Part shown: in pieces, positions 34,491 through 47,547 of the stretch
Layout of the letters: each line of letters begins with the position of its first letter
How positions within the stretch are numbered: the first letter of the stretch is position 1
From: Mustelus asterias
Taxonomy: Eukaryota
Assembly (NCBI RefSeq): GCF_964213995.1
Contig: NC_135808.1
Coordinates: forward strand, 24,428,001-24,492,000
Length of the DNA: 64,000 nucleotides
Direction of reading: 5' to 3'
Notes under the pieces: model-generated
Told to the model about the DNA's origin: nothing
Databases searched by the model: none
The model's input: only the letters and a program-made list of their open reading frames with translations
Position numbers and translations under genes: made by a program

Positions 34491-36969
34491 ACAGATGAGA
34501 TTCGCACCCGATTTCTCACACATTGCGGCGCGAGGCTGAATAAAATACTTGACTACATTTAAAACCTGTTTTGAACAAAATGAGCGAGCCCGCGGCGCAA
34601 TCATCTGGGCTCTCGTCTCTGTGGCCTCACGGGAGAGGTTCACTCCAGTGAGAATCACAATGGGGCAAGACGTGATGGCCTCACCAGTGGATCCAGAGGC
34701 CATTGAAGCCACCGCGAGAAGTCGGGGGGAGTGCCTTGTGGGCAGTGCCGAGCCTGGTACTCTGGCAGTGTGAAGGGTGTGGAGCCTGATTTGTTGGGGG
34801 ACCAAACCGTGGTGGGAATATCAGTGGTGATGGGAGGGGATGTGCCGCACACTCTGCATTTGCAATTTGGGGGGAGGGGGGGGGGCGCTATTGCCACTCA
34901 GCATTTGCCATTAGTGAGGGGAAGCAGTGGGGCCTACTGCATTGCGATTGGGGTTGGGATGGGGGGGGGGGGGTTTGATCTGTCCGGGCGGGTGTGGCTC
35001 GATCCGTCTGGGCAAGTGGGGTGTCGTGGGGTCGCATGAGGCCACGGACCACCGTGGCAGCTGGGGAGGTCTGTGTTTAGGCCACGGAGGTCTGGTGAAA
35101 GCAGCAGAGGCTGAGTGACAGGTCTCTCTGTTGCTCAGAGAGGGACCTGCACATGCGCAATGGTGTCCTCTGCTGTTGTCAGGCAGCATTCTGGTGATTT
35201 AAGCCCTGCCCACTCCCCCTACAGGCAAGAAACAGATCAGGCGTTCTTTTCTGCTCTAAGTGCATAAGATTGCAGATTTTGAGTCACCAAAAAGACAGAT
35301 CAGAAACTCTCCCGTTTTCATGCTCTTTCTGGACTTGGAATATTTTTCACAAGATCGCCCTCTAGTGTCTGTGCAGGATAAACAGATCAGATCGGAATAG
35401 CTTAAAGTGCAGCTCCAGATATAGCAATTACTTCCAAACCACCACCACAGTTCCATTTAAACAGAATCACATTTGTGGAGCTTGAATCAGTCGGTCGCTG
35501 TCACCTTGATGAAATCACATCTTCCCTGATTTTCTCATCCACTCCTGCTCCTATGCTCGGGAACTGGTGTTCCTGGATTACAAACCCTGGAATGCACTGG
35601 AGATGAGAAAGAAATACATCGCTATAGAGTGAGGCAAAGCCAGCAGAGCTGGAACCACCCACCACCCCCCCACCCCCAACAAAACCCATCAGATCCACCC
35701 AACTCCCACATCTACCAGCAGCAAAATCCATCAGACCCCTCACGCCTAATAATGCAGAAACCTGGAAGAGATACAGAGAGAGGAATATTAGGAAAGAAAA
35801 GAGGGGGCACGACAAAATACTGGAAAGAAAAATCAAGGCACCTCCAAGGATGTCCTATCAGTCCCTGAAGAGAAAAGGATAAGGAAAGTAGAGCTTTTTG
35901 GAGACCAATAAAATAGTCTGTGCCCTAAATGATAAAAAAATAAAATAGTCTGTGTGAGAGGGTGGAGAATGTGATGGGTTTTGGGAGGATTAACAAGGCA
36001 AAGGGAATCCCCAATAAATGGGAGGATAATGAGTAATGTGGAGGAACAGAGGGACCCGGGAGTATATGTCCACAGACTGGGAAAGGTGTCAGGACAGGTT
36101 AATAAATGAGGTAAAGGTGGTATATAAAATGCTTTCCTTTATTCGCCAAGGCACAGAGCAGAGTGGTTTTGCGAAAACTGTAAACACCAGATAGACGACA
36201 GCTGAAGCACTGCAAACAGTCTGGTCAGCATATTACACAAAAGATGTGATTATACAACGTTGATGAATATGAGGTTATCCACTTTGGTCGCAATAATAGG
36301 AAGACAGATTATTATTTGAATGGGTGTAAATGGAGAGAGGTGGATACTCAGCGAGACCTCGGTGTCCTCATGCATCAGTCGCTGAAAGTAAAGTACAGCA
36401 AGCAGTAAAGAAGGCAAATGGTCTGCTGGCCTTCAGAGCGAGAGGATTTGAACATAATAATAGGGATGTTTTACTGCAATTGTATAGGGCATTAGTGAAG
36501 CCACCCCTGGAGTATTGTGTGCAGTTTTGGTATCCTTATCTGAGGAAGGATGTCCTTGCTATGGAGGGAGTACGATGAAGGTATACCAGGCTGGTTCCTG
36601 GGATGGCAGGACAAAGTCAGGTAGGATTATATTCACTGGAGTTCAGAAGAGTGAGAGGGGATTGCACAGAAACTTATAAAATTCTAACAGGATTAGAGCG
36701 GGTAGATTCAGAAAAAATGTTCCCAATGGAGGGGGAGTCTAGAATGAGGGGCCATAGTTTGTGTATAAAGGGTAAAACATTTAGAACTAAGGTGAGGGGA
36801 AATTTCTTCACCCAGAGGGTGGTGAATGTGTGGAATTCACTACCACACAATGTAGTTGAAGCAAAAACACTGTCTGATTTCAAGAAGAAATTAGATGTAG
36901 CTCTTGGGGCTAAAGAGATCAAGGGATATGGGAGGAAGGGTGGATCAGGATATTGAATTTGATGATTGG

Positions 36970-37250
36970 AACTGCTGTCTCACAGCGCCAGGGGCCCGGG
37001 TTCGATTTCCAACTTGGGTCACTGTCTGTGCAGAATCTGCACGTTCTCCCCGTGTCTGCATGGGTTTCCTCCAGATGCTCCGGTTTCCTCCCACAGTCTG
37101 AAACACGTGCTGGTTAGGTGCATTGGCCATGCTAAATTCTCCCTCAGTGTACCCGAACAGGCGCCGGAGTGTGACGACGAGGGGGTTTCCACATTAACTT
37201 CACTGCAGTGTTAATGTAAGCCTACTTGTGACAATAATAAATAAACTTTG
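36970..37250 (+). mobile_element. HE1-like SINE inserted among CR1 fragments (35740-37800)
   Basis: Central domain and AATAAATAAAC tail; flanking CR1 ORF2 remnants (LEYCVQFW, FFTQRVV). Confidence 0.75.
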
Positions 37251-37835
37251 ATAAACTTTAAAACCAGAAGAAATGACGGAGCAGATTTGAAGGGCCGAAT
37301 GGCCTACTCCTACTTCTGGTTTCTATGTACTGGAGAGAATGCAGAGGAGATAGTTTAATGTGGACAGGACTGGAGAATGTTCACTGTGAGGAAAGAGCGG
37401 ATAGGCTGGAACAGGATTCTGTGGAATAGTGGAGGCCGAGGGGAGATTTAATTCAGGTGGATATAATTATGAGGAGCCATGGTAAATAGAGATGACACAT
37501 TTACCTTAGCAGAGGGTCAAAAACCAGGGGCACAGGTGTAAAGTAATTGTTAGAATGATCAGCGGGAAGTGAGGAAAGAGTTTTTCACCCAGAGGGTGGA
37601 GGGGACCCGGGACTCTCTGTGTGAAAGGATGATAGAGGCAGAAACTCTCACCACATTGAATCAATTCTTGGATGTCGAGTTGAAAAGCTGTGATCTACAG
37701 AGCTGCAGACCGAGTACAGGAAGGTGAGATGAGGCTGGAGAGCTCTTCATTAACAGGCAGGGACATGATGGGCTGAATGGCCTCGCTCTCAAACATACAT
37801 TTTCTATCATTCAACATTCCAACCACACACCACGA

Positions 37836-37957
37836 GCTAAACCCCTCAGAGCCCCAAACGCCAGCTCAGCCCATCAGAGCCCCAAACGCCAGCTAAACCC
37901 ATCAGAGCCCCAAACACCAGCAAAACCATCAGAGCTCCAAACGCCAGCTAAACCCCT
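37836..37957. repeat. Minisatellite, ~28 bp (gctaaacccatcagagccccaaacgcca) x4
   Basis: Direct tandem units. Confidence 0.85.
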
Positions 37958-37974
37958 AAGATCCTGTAAAAAGA

Positions 37975-40010
37975 TCCTGTAAAAAAGGAAAGATAGGAAA
38001 GGTAGGATTCGAGAGCCATGGATAACCAGGGAAATTGAGGATCTGATTAAAATGAAAAGGGAGGCGTACGTTAAGTCCAGGCAACTGAAAACAGATGGAG
38101 CTCTGGAGGAAGACAGAGAGAGTAGGAAAGATCTCAAACAGGGAGTTAGAAGGGCAAAAAGAGGTCACGAGATGTTCTTGGCAGGCAGGATTAAGGAGAA
38201 TCCTAAGGCATTCTATTCATACGTTAGGAACAAAAGAGTTGTCAGGGAGAAAATCGGACCTCTCAGGGACAAAGGAGGGGAATTATGCTTAGAACCCAAG
38301 GGAATAGGGGAGATCCTAAATGAATACTTTGCATCGGTATTCACGAAGGAGAGGGGCGTGTTAACCGGGAGTGTCTCGGAGGGAGGTGTTGACCCGTTAG
38401 AGAAAATCTCCATTACAAGAGAGGAAGTGTTAGGTTTTTTAGGGAACATTAAAACTGACAAAGCCCCAGGGCTGATGGCATCTATCCTCGACTGCTCAGG
38501 GAGACGAGAGGTGAAATTGCTGGGCCTCTGACGGAAATCTTTGTCGCTTCTTTGGACACGGGTGAGGTCCCTGAGGATTGGAGGATAGCGAATGTGGTCC
38601 CGTTGTTTAAGAAGGGTAGCAGGGATAACCCAGGAAATTATAGGCCGGTGAGCTTGACGTCCGTGGTAGGGAAGTTGTTGGAGAGGATTCTTAGAGACAG
38701 GATGTATGTGCATTTAGAACGGAACAATCTCATTAGTGACAGACAGCATGGTTTTGTAAGGGGGAGGTCGTGCCTTACAAATTTGGTGGAGTTTTTTGAG
38801 GAAGTGACAAAAACGGTTGATGAAGGAAGGGCCGTGGATGTCGTCTATATGGATTTCAGTAAGGCATTTGACAAAGTCCCACATGGCAGGTTGGTTAAGA
38901 AGGTTAAGGCTCATGGGATACAAGGAGAAGTGGCTAGATGGGTGGAGAACTGGCTTGGCCATAGGAGACAGAGGGTAGTGGTCGAAGGGTCTTTTTCCGG
39001 CTGGAGGTCTATAACCAGTGGTGTTCCGCAGGGCTCTGTACTGGGACCTCTGCTATTTGTGATATATATAAATGATTTGGAAGAAGGTGTAACTGGTGTA
39101 ATCAGCAAGTTTGCGGATGACACGAAGATGGCTGGAATTGCGGATAGCGAAGAGCATTGTCGGGCAATACAGCAGGATATAGATAGGCTGGAAAATTGGG
39201 CGGAGAGGTGGCAGATGGAATTTAATCCGGATAAATGCGAAGTGATGCATTTTGGAAGAAATAATGTAGGGAGGAGTTATACAATAAATGGCAGAGTCAT
39301 CAGGAGTATAGAAACACAGAGGGACCTAGGTGTGCAAGTCCACAAATCCTTGAAGGTGGCAACACAGGTGGAGAAGGTGGTGAAGAAGGCATATGGTATG
39401 CTTGCCTTTATAGGACGGGGTATAGAGTATAAAAGCTGGAGTCTGATGATGCAGCTGTATAGAACGCTGGTTAGGCCACATTTGGAGTACTGCGTCCAGT
39501 TCTGGTCGCCGCACTACCAGAAGGACGTGGAGGCATTGGAGAGAGTGCAGAGAAGGTTTACCAGGATGTTGCCTGGTATGGAGGGTCTTAGCTATGAGGA
39601 GAGATTGGGTAGACTGGGGTTGTTCTCCTTGGAAAGACGGAGAATGAGGGGAGATCTAATAGAGGTATACAAGATTATGAAGGGTATAGATAGGGTGAAC
39701 AGTGAGAAGCTTTTTCCCAGGTCGGAGGTGACAATCACGAGGGGTCACGGGCTCAAGCTGAGAGGGGCGAAGTATAACTCAGACATCAGAGGGACGTTTT
39801 TTACACAGAGGGTGGTGGGGGCCTGGAATGCGCTGCCAAGTAGGGTGGTGGAGGCAGGCACGCTGACATCGTTTAAGACTTACCTGGATAGTCACATGAG
39901 CAGCCTGGGAATGGAGGGATACAAACGATTGGTCTAGTTGGACCAAGGAGCGGCACAGGCTTGGAGGGCCGAAGGGCCTGTTTCCTGTGCTGTACTGTTC
40001 TTTGTTCTTT
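37975..40010 (+). mobile_element. 5'-truncated CR1/HER1 LINE with open RT domain (38552-39937)
   Basis: NYRPVSLTS, QHGF, DFSKAFD, GVPQGSVLGP, FADD; frameshift near 38474; (gttcttt)n tail. Confidence 0.95.
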
Positions 40011-40683
40011 GTTGTTGTATCCACCCCGAACCCCAAACATCCAGTGAAAAAACAGACCCATCATGTGTCACAGAATCCCTACAACACGGAAGGAGGCCAT
40101 TCAGCCCATCGAGCCTGAAACGACAACAATCCCAGCCAGGGCCTATCCCTGTAACCCTACGTATTTATCCTATTAATCCCCCTCACAGTAAGGGGTAATT
40201 TAGCACAGCCAATCAACATAACCTGTACATCTTTGGGGTGTGGGAGGAAACTGGAGCACCCAGAGGAAACCCACGCAGACATGGGGAGAATGTGCAAACT
40301 CCATACAGACAAAACAAGACTGATGTTAAATCCTGTGGGAGTGGCAAAGCCCAGTGACCAACTTCAGGGAAATCTCAGGGAATTACGACTTCCTTCAAGA
40401 AATTGAGCAGCTGAGAGGAGGCTGTCCAGGGTGAGATGTTTCCGGATGTCTCTACACGTCAACACCCACAATGTCTCCACCCTCAGACTGTACAGGAGCA
40501 GCTGTCTCCAGAAGGCCAGTCTCAAAGCTCAGTGTTGGATTGGATGAGCTGCTCTTTCGTGACGATACAGCGAGAGACAGACACTGAGCTCACATCCCAC
40601 CCACCAGATTGTACAGCTAAATCCAGTGGGAATGTCACAGTTAGAAAGATCAGCTCCCAATATTTATCAACACAGTTCATACC

Positions 40684-40730
40684 TCAGGAACGTGTGGAGG
40701 AGCTGGATGAGGAATCCCCACCGTCAGAAG
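40684..40730 (-). CDS. MHC class I gene B, exon 7 (cytoplasmic, TSDGGDSSSSSSTRS*)
   Basis: taacag|CT acceptor, phase 1; Ser-rich SD motif typical of class I exon 7; donor G|GTATGA 1 nt after the stop. Confidence 0.85.
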
Positions 40731-40893
40731 CTGTTAAATGAAGGAGAGGTTTTAAAAACTGTTCATTATCAGAGAGATAGAGACTGTGCACAAGATATAG
40801 ATACAGAGAGAAAGAGACACACACACATACACAGAATGAACAATGATTCACACATTACACAGAGATACAGATGATGTTTGATGATCAGCTTAC

Positions 40894-40926
40894 TCTTTGC
40901 AGGATTGTAGTCGCTCTTCCCTCTCC
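40894..40926 (-). CDS. MHC class I gene B, exon 6 (cytoplasmic, GRGKSDYNPAK)
   Basis: 33 nt, ttacag|GG...A|GTAAGC; same size and Tyr position as class I exon 6. Confidence 0.88.
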
Positions 40927-41362
40927 CTGTAAAACAAGGAATGTTCAGTGAGTGACGAGCCTGAGAGAAAATCAGAGACAGAGGCTGGAACTCTCGCTCG
41001 CACTGAGCCCCGACAACACAATTCTGAACCCTCACTCCCAGCACAACCCAAGACCCTCACTTTGCCCTTACCAGTGACCCTCTCTCTGACCTTAGACCCT
41101 CACTCCCACACTGACCTCAGCCCCTCACTGATACCCTGAGCTCCTCATCCAATCTGAGACCCTTCCCACAATTCTCAGACATTCCCTCTTTATCATGAAC
41201 CCCTTATCCTCCCTGTCCCAACCCTGGGGCTCTCCCAGCCACTCTGTCCCCCCCCCCCCCACACCAACCTGAGACCCACAGCCTGAGCCACCCCCACCCT
41301 GGAATACTCTCCCACAATCCCTCCCCCCAGTGAGGAGCTGCTCTTTTCCCTCCAATTCCTAC

Positions 41363-41467
41363 CTTTCTTGTTGTAGATGACGACAGCCACAATGATGAGA
41401 GCGATGAGCACGAGGACCCCGACCACAATCCCGACAGTAACAGCAACCTGGGAGCGAGACTTTGGTT
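41363..41467 (-). CDS. MHC class I gene B, exon 5 (transmembrane)
   Basis: 105 nt, aacag|AA...G|GTAGGA; EPKSRSQVAVTVGIVVGVLVLIALIIVAVVIYNKK. Confidence 0.9.
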
Positions 41468-42687
41468 CTGTTAGAGAGAGAGAATCAGAGAGACTGAGTG
41501 AATCAGGGAGAGGGAAAAGGGAGAATCAGAGAGAGAATCAGAGAGACTGAGTGAATCAGGGAGAGGGAAAAGTGAGAATCACAGAGAGAGAATGTGAGAG
41601 GGTGGGAGAGAATGAGAGAGGGAGAGAGAGCTCGCATCTAAGAATGAGTGAGGGAGTGAACGAGAGATAGAGAAAGCTGAGAGAGAGAGAATGAGAGAGT
41701 GAATCAGAGAGAAAGAAGGAGGAATGTGAGAATGAGAGAGGAAGAAAGAGAAATGAGAGAGAGAATCAGGAAACACAGGATATACGACACAGAAACCGGC
41801 CATTCGGCCCATCCAGTTCATGCTGGTGTTAATGTTCTACTTGAGCTTCCTCCCATCTTTTCTCATCTAATTCGACCATTTTAACTCTATTCCCTTCTCC
41901 CTCATTTGCTTGTCTATCCTCCCCTTAAACTATACTGTTCAGTTCAGCCACTCCCTGTGGCAGCGAGCTCCACATTCTCATCACTCTTTGGGTGAAGAGG
42001 TTTCTCATGAATTCCCCATTGGGTTTCTTGTATTGATGGCCACTGGATATGCTCTTCCCACAAGAGGAACACTCTCGATGTGTCCGCTCTATAAAAAACC
42101 TTACATAATTTTAAGTCCTCGATTAGATCAACCCTCAGCCTTCTGTTTTCCCGAGAGCAGAGACCCAGCCAGTCAATCCTTTCCTGAGATGTCCACCCAC
42201 TCATTTCTGGAATCATCTCTGTAAATCTTCTCTCCACTCTCTCCCCTGACTCTATATCCTTTGTATGAAATGGTGACCGGAACTGCACACGGTCTTTAAA
42301 TGTGGTCTAACCAAGGACCAATGTCCCTGCTTTACAATTCTATTCCTCGAGAAATCATACCTGGTTTTCGATTGCATTTTGTTTATTGTCTAACCTGAAA
42401 CTCTATGTTTACTGATTGGTGTATTTGTACATCAAGATCCCTTTGTTCCTCAACCCTCCCTATTCATCGTCAACTGAAAAATACCTCACGTTTATCTGTG
42501 CTGAACTTTATTCACCAACTATTTGCTGAAGTTTATTCAAGTCCTATTAATTTATTCCAGTTCTCCTCAAAATCAAATAATTCCCCCAATTTGGTGTTAT
42601 CTGCAAATTAAGAAATGGTATTTTTGATTCCAATATCCAAGTTATGGAGTGTAAGTTGTGAATAGCAGTGATCCCAACACTGATCCT

Positions 42688-44356
42688 TGTGGAATGATGC
42701 AGGAACCCAGCACATCAGTGCAAAAGATAAAGCCGAAGTATTCACAGCAATCTTCAGCCTGAAGTGCCGAGTGGATGATCCATCTCGGCCTCCTCCAGTG
42801 GTCCCCAGCATCACAGATACCAGTCTCCAGATCATTCGATTCACTTCACGTGATATCAAGAAACGGTTGGAGGCACTGGATACTGCAAAGGCAATGGGCC
42901 CTGATAACATTCCACCAATAGCATTGAAGACTTGTGCTCCAGAACTTGCCGATCCCCAAGCCAAGCTCTTCCAGTACAGTTACAACACTGGCATCGACCC
43001 AACAATGTGGAAAATTGCCCAGGTATGTTCTGTACACAAAAAGCAGGACAAATCCAATCTGGCCAATTACCGCCCAACCGGTCTACTATCGATCACCAGT
43101 AAAGTGATGGAAGGGGTCACGACAGTGCTATCATGCAGTACCTGCTCAGCGACGCCCAGTTTAGGTTTTGCCAGGGTCACTCAGCTCCTGACCTCATTGC
43201 AGCCTTGGTTCAAACATGGACAAAAGAGCTGAATTCCAGAGGTGAGGTGAGAGTGACAGCCCTTGACATCAAGGCCATATTTGACCGAGTGTGGCATCAA
43301 GGAGCCCTCGCGAAACTGGAATCAATGGGTATCAGGGGGCAAACTCTCTGCTGGTTGGAGTCAGACCTGGTACATAGGAAGATGGTTGTGGTTGTGGAGG
43401 GTCAGTCATCTCAGCTCCACAACATCTCTGCAGGAGTCCCTCAGGGTAGTGTCCTCGGCCCAACAATCTTCAGCTGCTTCATCAATGACCTTCCCTCCAT
43501 CATAAGGTCGGAAGTGGGGATGTTCACCGATGATCGCACAATGTTCAGCACCATTCACGACTCCTCAGATACTGAAGCAGTCCATGTTCAAATGCAACAA
43601 GATCTGGACAATATCCAGGCTTGGGCTGACAAGTGGCAAATAACATTCGAGCCACACAAATTACAGGCAATGACCATCACCAATAAGAGACACTCTAACC
43701 ACCGCCCCTTAACATTCAGTGGTGTAACCATCACTGAATCCCCCACTGTCAACATCCTTGGGGTTACCATTGACCGGAAACTCAACTGGACTCACCACAT
43801 AAACACAGTGGCTGCAAGACAGGTCAGAGGCCAGGAATACTGTGGCAAGTAACTCACCTCCTGACTCCCCAGAGCCTATTCACCATCTACAAGGCACAAG
43901 TCAGGAGTGTGATGGAATACTCCCCACTTGCCTGGATGGGTGCAGCTCCATCAACACTCAAGAAGCTTGACAGCATCCAGGACAAAGCAGCCCACTTGAC
44001 CCGTCCACCACCGATGCTCAGTAGCAGCAGTGTGTACTATCTACAAGATGCACTGCAGCAATTCACTGAAGATCCTTAGACAGCACCTTGCAAATACACG
44101 ATCACTTCCATCTAGATGGACAAGGGCAGCAGATAAATGGGAAGACCACCACCTGCAAGTTCCCCTCCAAGCCACTCACTTGGAAATAGCCACTGACTTG
44201 GAAATATATCACCGTTCCTGCGTGGTCACTGGGTCAAAATCCTGGAATTCCCTCCCTAACAGCATTGTCACCACCACCTTCTCAAGGGCAACTAGGGATG
44301 GGCAATAAATGCTGGTCAGCCAGCGACACCCATGTCCCACGAATGAATAAAAAAAT
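42688..44356 (+). mobile_element. 5'-truncated non-LTR retrotransposon (CR1/L2 group, family distinct from HER1) inserted in an older minus-strand CR1 (41770-44750)
   Basis: KAMGPDNIP, NYRP, LDIKAIFDRVWH, GVPQGSVLGP, MFTDD; A-rich tail at 44350. Confidence 0.85.
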
Positions 44357-44844
44357 ACATTTTCCACTTTCTGTCACTCCGAAAAACTCCCTTGACTCTC
44401 ACTCTCTGCTTTCTGTCCCAAAGTCAGCGAGTGATCCATTCTGTCACTCATCCCCTAACTCCACATGCTTTCACCTTGTCAATCAGTCGATCACGAACCC
44501 CCTTTTCTATTACATTTGAAAAATTATATGATATTATATCTATTACATTACCATTGTCTATTCCCTTTGTTACATCCTCAAAAAATCCACTAATTGGAGT
44601 AAAACAGGATTTTCCATTTCAAAATCCATGCTGAATATTCATTGTTATCGTATTTGATTCTAGATTTTCATGAATTGTCTCCAATAGAAGGAATTCCATT
44701 ATTTTTCTGAATACTGATCTTAATCTGACTGAAGCAAACTTCCAGGATGCACTGGGTCCAGTCCTACTGTAATATTTGATTTGATTTATTATTGTCACAT
44801 GCATTGGTACACAGTGAAAAGTGTTGTTTCTTGGATACAACAGT

Positions 44845-45003
44845 GCACTGTTGGAGAACAGATTTTCACTCCATCTGACGAAGGGGCAGCGCTCCGAAAG
44901 TTTATGGTATTTGCTACCAAATAAACCTGTTGGACTTTAACCTGGTGTTGTGAGACTTCTTACTGTGCTTACCCCAGTCCAACGCCGGCATCTCCACATC
45001 ATG
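44845..45003 (+). mobile_element. Penelope-like pLTR fragment with hammerhead motif
   Basis: Reverse complement of the 17079 copy; CTGACGA at 44875, GAAA at 44896. Confidence 0.65.
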
Positions 45004-45004
45004 A

Positions 45005-46240
45005 CTATCCTCGAATAGCCCAGGCACACGGTGACCTACCTCCTGTAATATCCCAGATGTCCCACTGGGTCATCGCACACAGTAATATCCCAGGATAAAC
45101 CAGGCCCTGTCTATCCTCTAATATCCCAGGCAAATGGTGTCCCACCTCCTGTAATATCCCAGGATATACCAGGCCCTGTCTCCCCTCTAATATCCCAGGC
45201 ACACCATGCCCTTCCTCCTGTAATATCCCAGGATACACCAGGCCCTGTAAGGCTGCAATATCTCAGGATACACGAGGATTTGTCCGATTATAATATCCCA
45301 GAATACACTGCATTCTGTATTACAGCAATATTCCAGGATACACTCGGTCCTGTCATGCTGCAATATCCCAGATACACTGGGCCCCACCATACTGTAATAT
45401 CCCAGAACATCCCAGGTCCAGACTTACTCTAATGTCCAATGATACACCGGGCCCTGTGCAACTGTAATATTCTACGATACACTATATCATGTCATACTGT
45501 AGTATCCCAGGATTCACCAAAACCAGTCATGCTTCAATCCCGCAGGATACTCTGGGCACTGTCGTACTGTAATCCCAGGACACACTACAACCCGTGCAAA
45601 ATAATATCCCAAAATGCACTGGGTCTTGTCGTACAATAATATCTCTGGACACACTGGGCTCTGTCATACTCTAATATCCCAAGTAAACCAGGCCCTTGTG
45701 CACAGTAACATCCGAGGATACACTTGGCCTTGTCCCCACTGTAATAATGTGGAGATGCCGGCGTTGGACTGGGGTAAGCACAGTAAGAAGTCTCACAACA
45801 CCAGGTTAAAGTCCAACAGGTTTATTTGGTAGCAAATACCATAAGCTTTCGGAGCTTGCTGCTCCTTCGTCAGATGGAGTGGTCTCTGTCCATCTGACCA
45901 CTCCATCTGACGAAGGAGCATTGCTCCGAAAGCTTATGGTATTTGCTACCAAATAAACCTGTTGGACTTTAACCTGGTGTTGTGAGACTTCTTACCCCAC
46001 TGTAATATCCCAGGATACACTAGGCCCTGACCAACTAAAGGATCTCATGATACGCAGCGCCCTGACCCACTGTAATGTCCAATAACGCAACGGGTCCTGT
46101 ACTCCCAGTTACTTCCCAGCATGCACCGGGCCCGGTCAGGCTGTAATATCCCAAGGTACACCCGGCCTTATCCATCCTGTAATATCCCACAAGACACTGG
46201 ATCCTGTTGCACTGTAATACAGCAGGATACAGTGGGGTAT
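45005..46240. repeat. Degenerate minisatellite, ~38 bp (ctgtaatatcccaggatacaccaggccc..), in intron 4 of gene B
   Basis: Recurring TAATATCCCAG core at roughly 38-bp spacing. Confidence 0.8.
45747..45994. mobile_element. Inverted pair of Penelope pLTR fragments (palindrome)
   Basis: ~100-bp arms around an ~11-nt spacer; flanked by direct repeat CCCCACTGTAATA (45734-45746/45995-46007). Confidence 0.75.
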
Positions 46241-46442
46241 GTTTCATGTCAAATCCATGGACACACAATTATTTCCATCAAAAGGTGGTGCCATGATATA
46301 TAACACATTGGAGATTAATATTTATTTTCCCCTCTGTATCCCGGGCCTCAGGCTGTCCTGGGCTGACAGCTCAGCACTGACCCTCACTCCTGTGATCCTG
46401 GTCTGAGGCTGGGTCCTCTCTAACAGTGAGAAACAGTCTCAC

Positions 46443-46706
46443 CGTAAATCACCACCAGTGTCTCCTTCATCCCGCTGTGTTCCATCCGACAGGAATACTC
46501 GGCCTGGTCCTCTGGATCAAACTCTACCCATTTCCGGATCTGGTAGGTGCTGTCGTGATTGGGTAAGATCCCACTGGACAGAGTCTCATCAATCACCACT
46601 CCGTCTCTCCACAGATTCACCTCGATGGCTTGAGGGTAAAACCCGGTGACGGTACAGGACAGCCGGTTAGAATCACCCAGACGGGTAAAGGACACGAAGG
46701 GGGCAA
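46443..46706 (-). CDS. MHC class I gene B, exon 4 (alpha3, C1-set Ig)
   Basis: 264 nt, tcag|TT...G|GTGAGA; LSCTVTGFYP..W..LPNHDSTYQ..YSCRMEHS. Confidence 0.96.
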
Positions 46707-46769
46707 CTGAGAGAGAAAGAAAGAGGAGTCAAAACAGGAACCTCGAGATAGAGAGTCCCGGCATCACCC

Positions 46770-47274
46770 CCTTCACCGACTCTCACTCCCCCCTCACTCA
46801 CTGACTCTCACTCCCCCCTCACTCACTGACTCTCACTCCCCCCTCACTCACCGACTCTCACTCCCCCCTCACTCACTGACTCTCATTCCCCCCTCACTCA
46901 CTGACTCTCACTCCTCCCTCAATCACCGACTCTCACTCCCCCCTCACTCCCCCCTCACTCACCGACTCTCACTCCCCCCTCACTCCCCCCTCACTCACCG
47001 ACTCTCACTCCCCCCTCACTCACTGACTCTCACTCCCCCCTCACTCACCGACTCTCACTCCCCCCTCACTCACCGACTCTCACTCCCCCCCTCACTCCCC
47101 CCTCACTCACCGACTCTCACTCCCCCTCACTCCCCGACTCTCATCCCCCCCTCACTCACCGACTCTCACTCCCCCCTCACTCACCGACTCTCACTCCCCC
47201 CTCACTCACCGACTCTCACTCCCCCCCTCACTCACCGACTCTCACTCCCCGACCCTCACTCCCCCCTCACTCAC
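46770..47274. repeat. Minisatellite, same ~25 bp unit as 1-507, filling intron 3 of gene B
   Basis: Tandem ctcactcaccgactctcactccccc units. Confidence 0.97.
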
Positions 47275-47547
47275 CGACTCTCAATTCTCTCTGTCCGTAC
47301 TCCAGGTATTTTCTCAGCCACTCGATACACTCCACCTCCAGGAAATGTTTCCATTGCTGAATGTTGCCAGTCTGCCTGTCGCACCTGTTTTTGATGCCCT
47401 CCCCCCATGTGACTGGGGTCACCCACACCATGTGATCCTTGTCGAAGCTGAGAACATCATGTCCGTCCCACCCGTACTGGCTGAATCCACTCGTGGTCCC
47501 ATCATCCCGCAGGTCACAGCCAGTCATTATCTGGCAGACATGGATCC
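47275..47547 (-). CDS. MHC class I gene B, exon 3 (alpha2)
   Basis: 273 nt, acag|GG...G|GTGAGT; GIHVCQIMTGCDL...GWDG...FLEVECIEWLRKYLEYG. Confidence 0.96.

Noticed and set aside
38552-39937. 461-aa RT ORF as a host gene or active LINE
   Set aside because: 5'-truncated CR1 lacking the endonuclease and with an upstream frameshift
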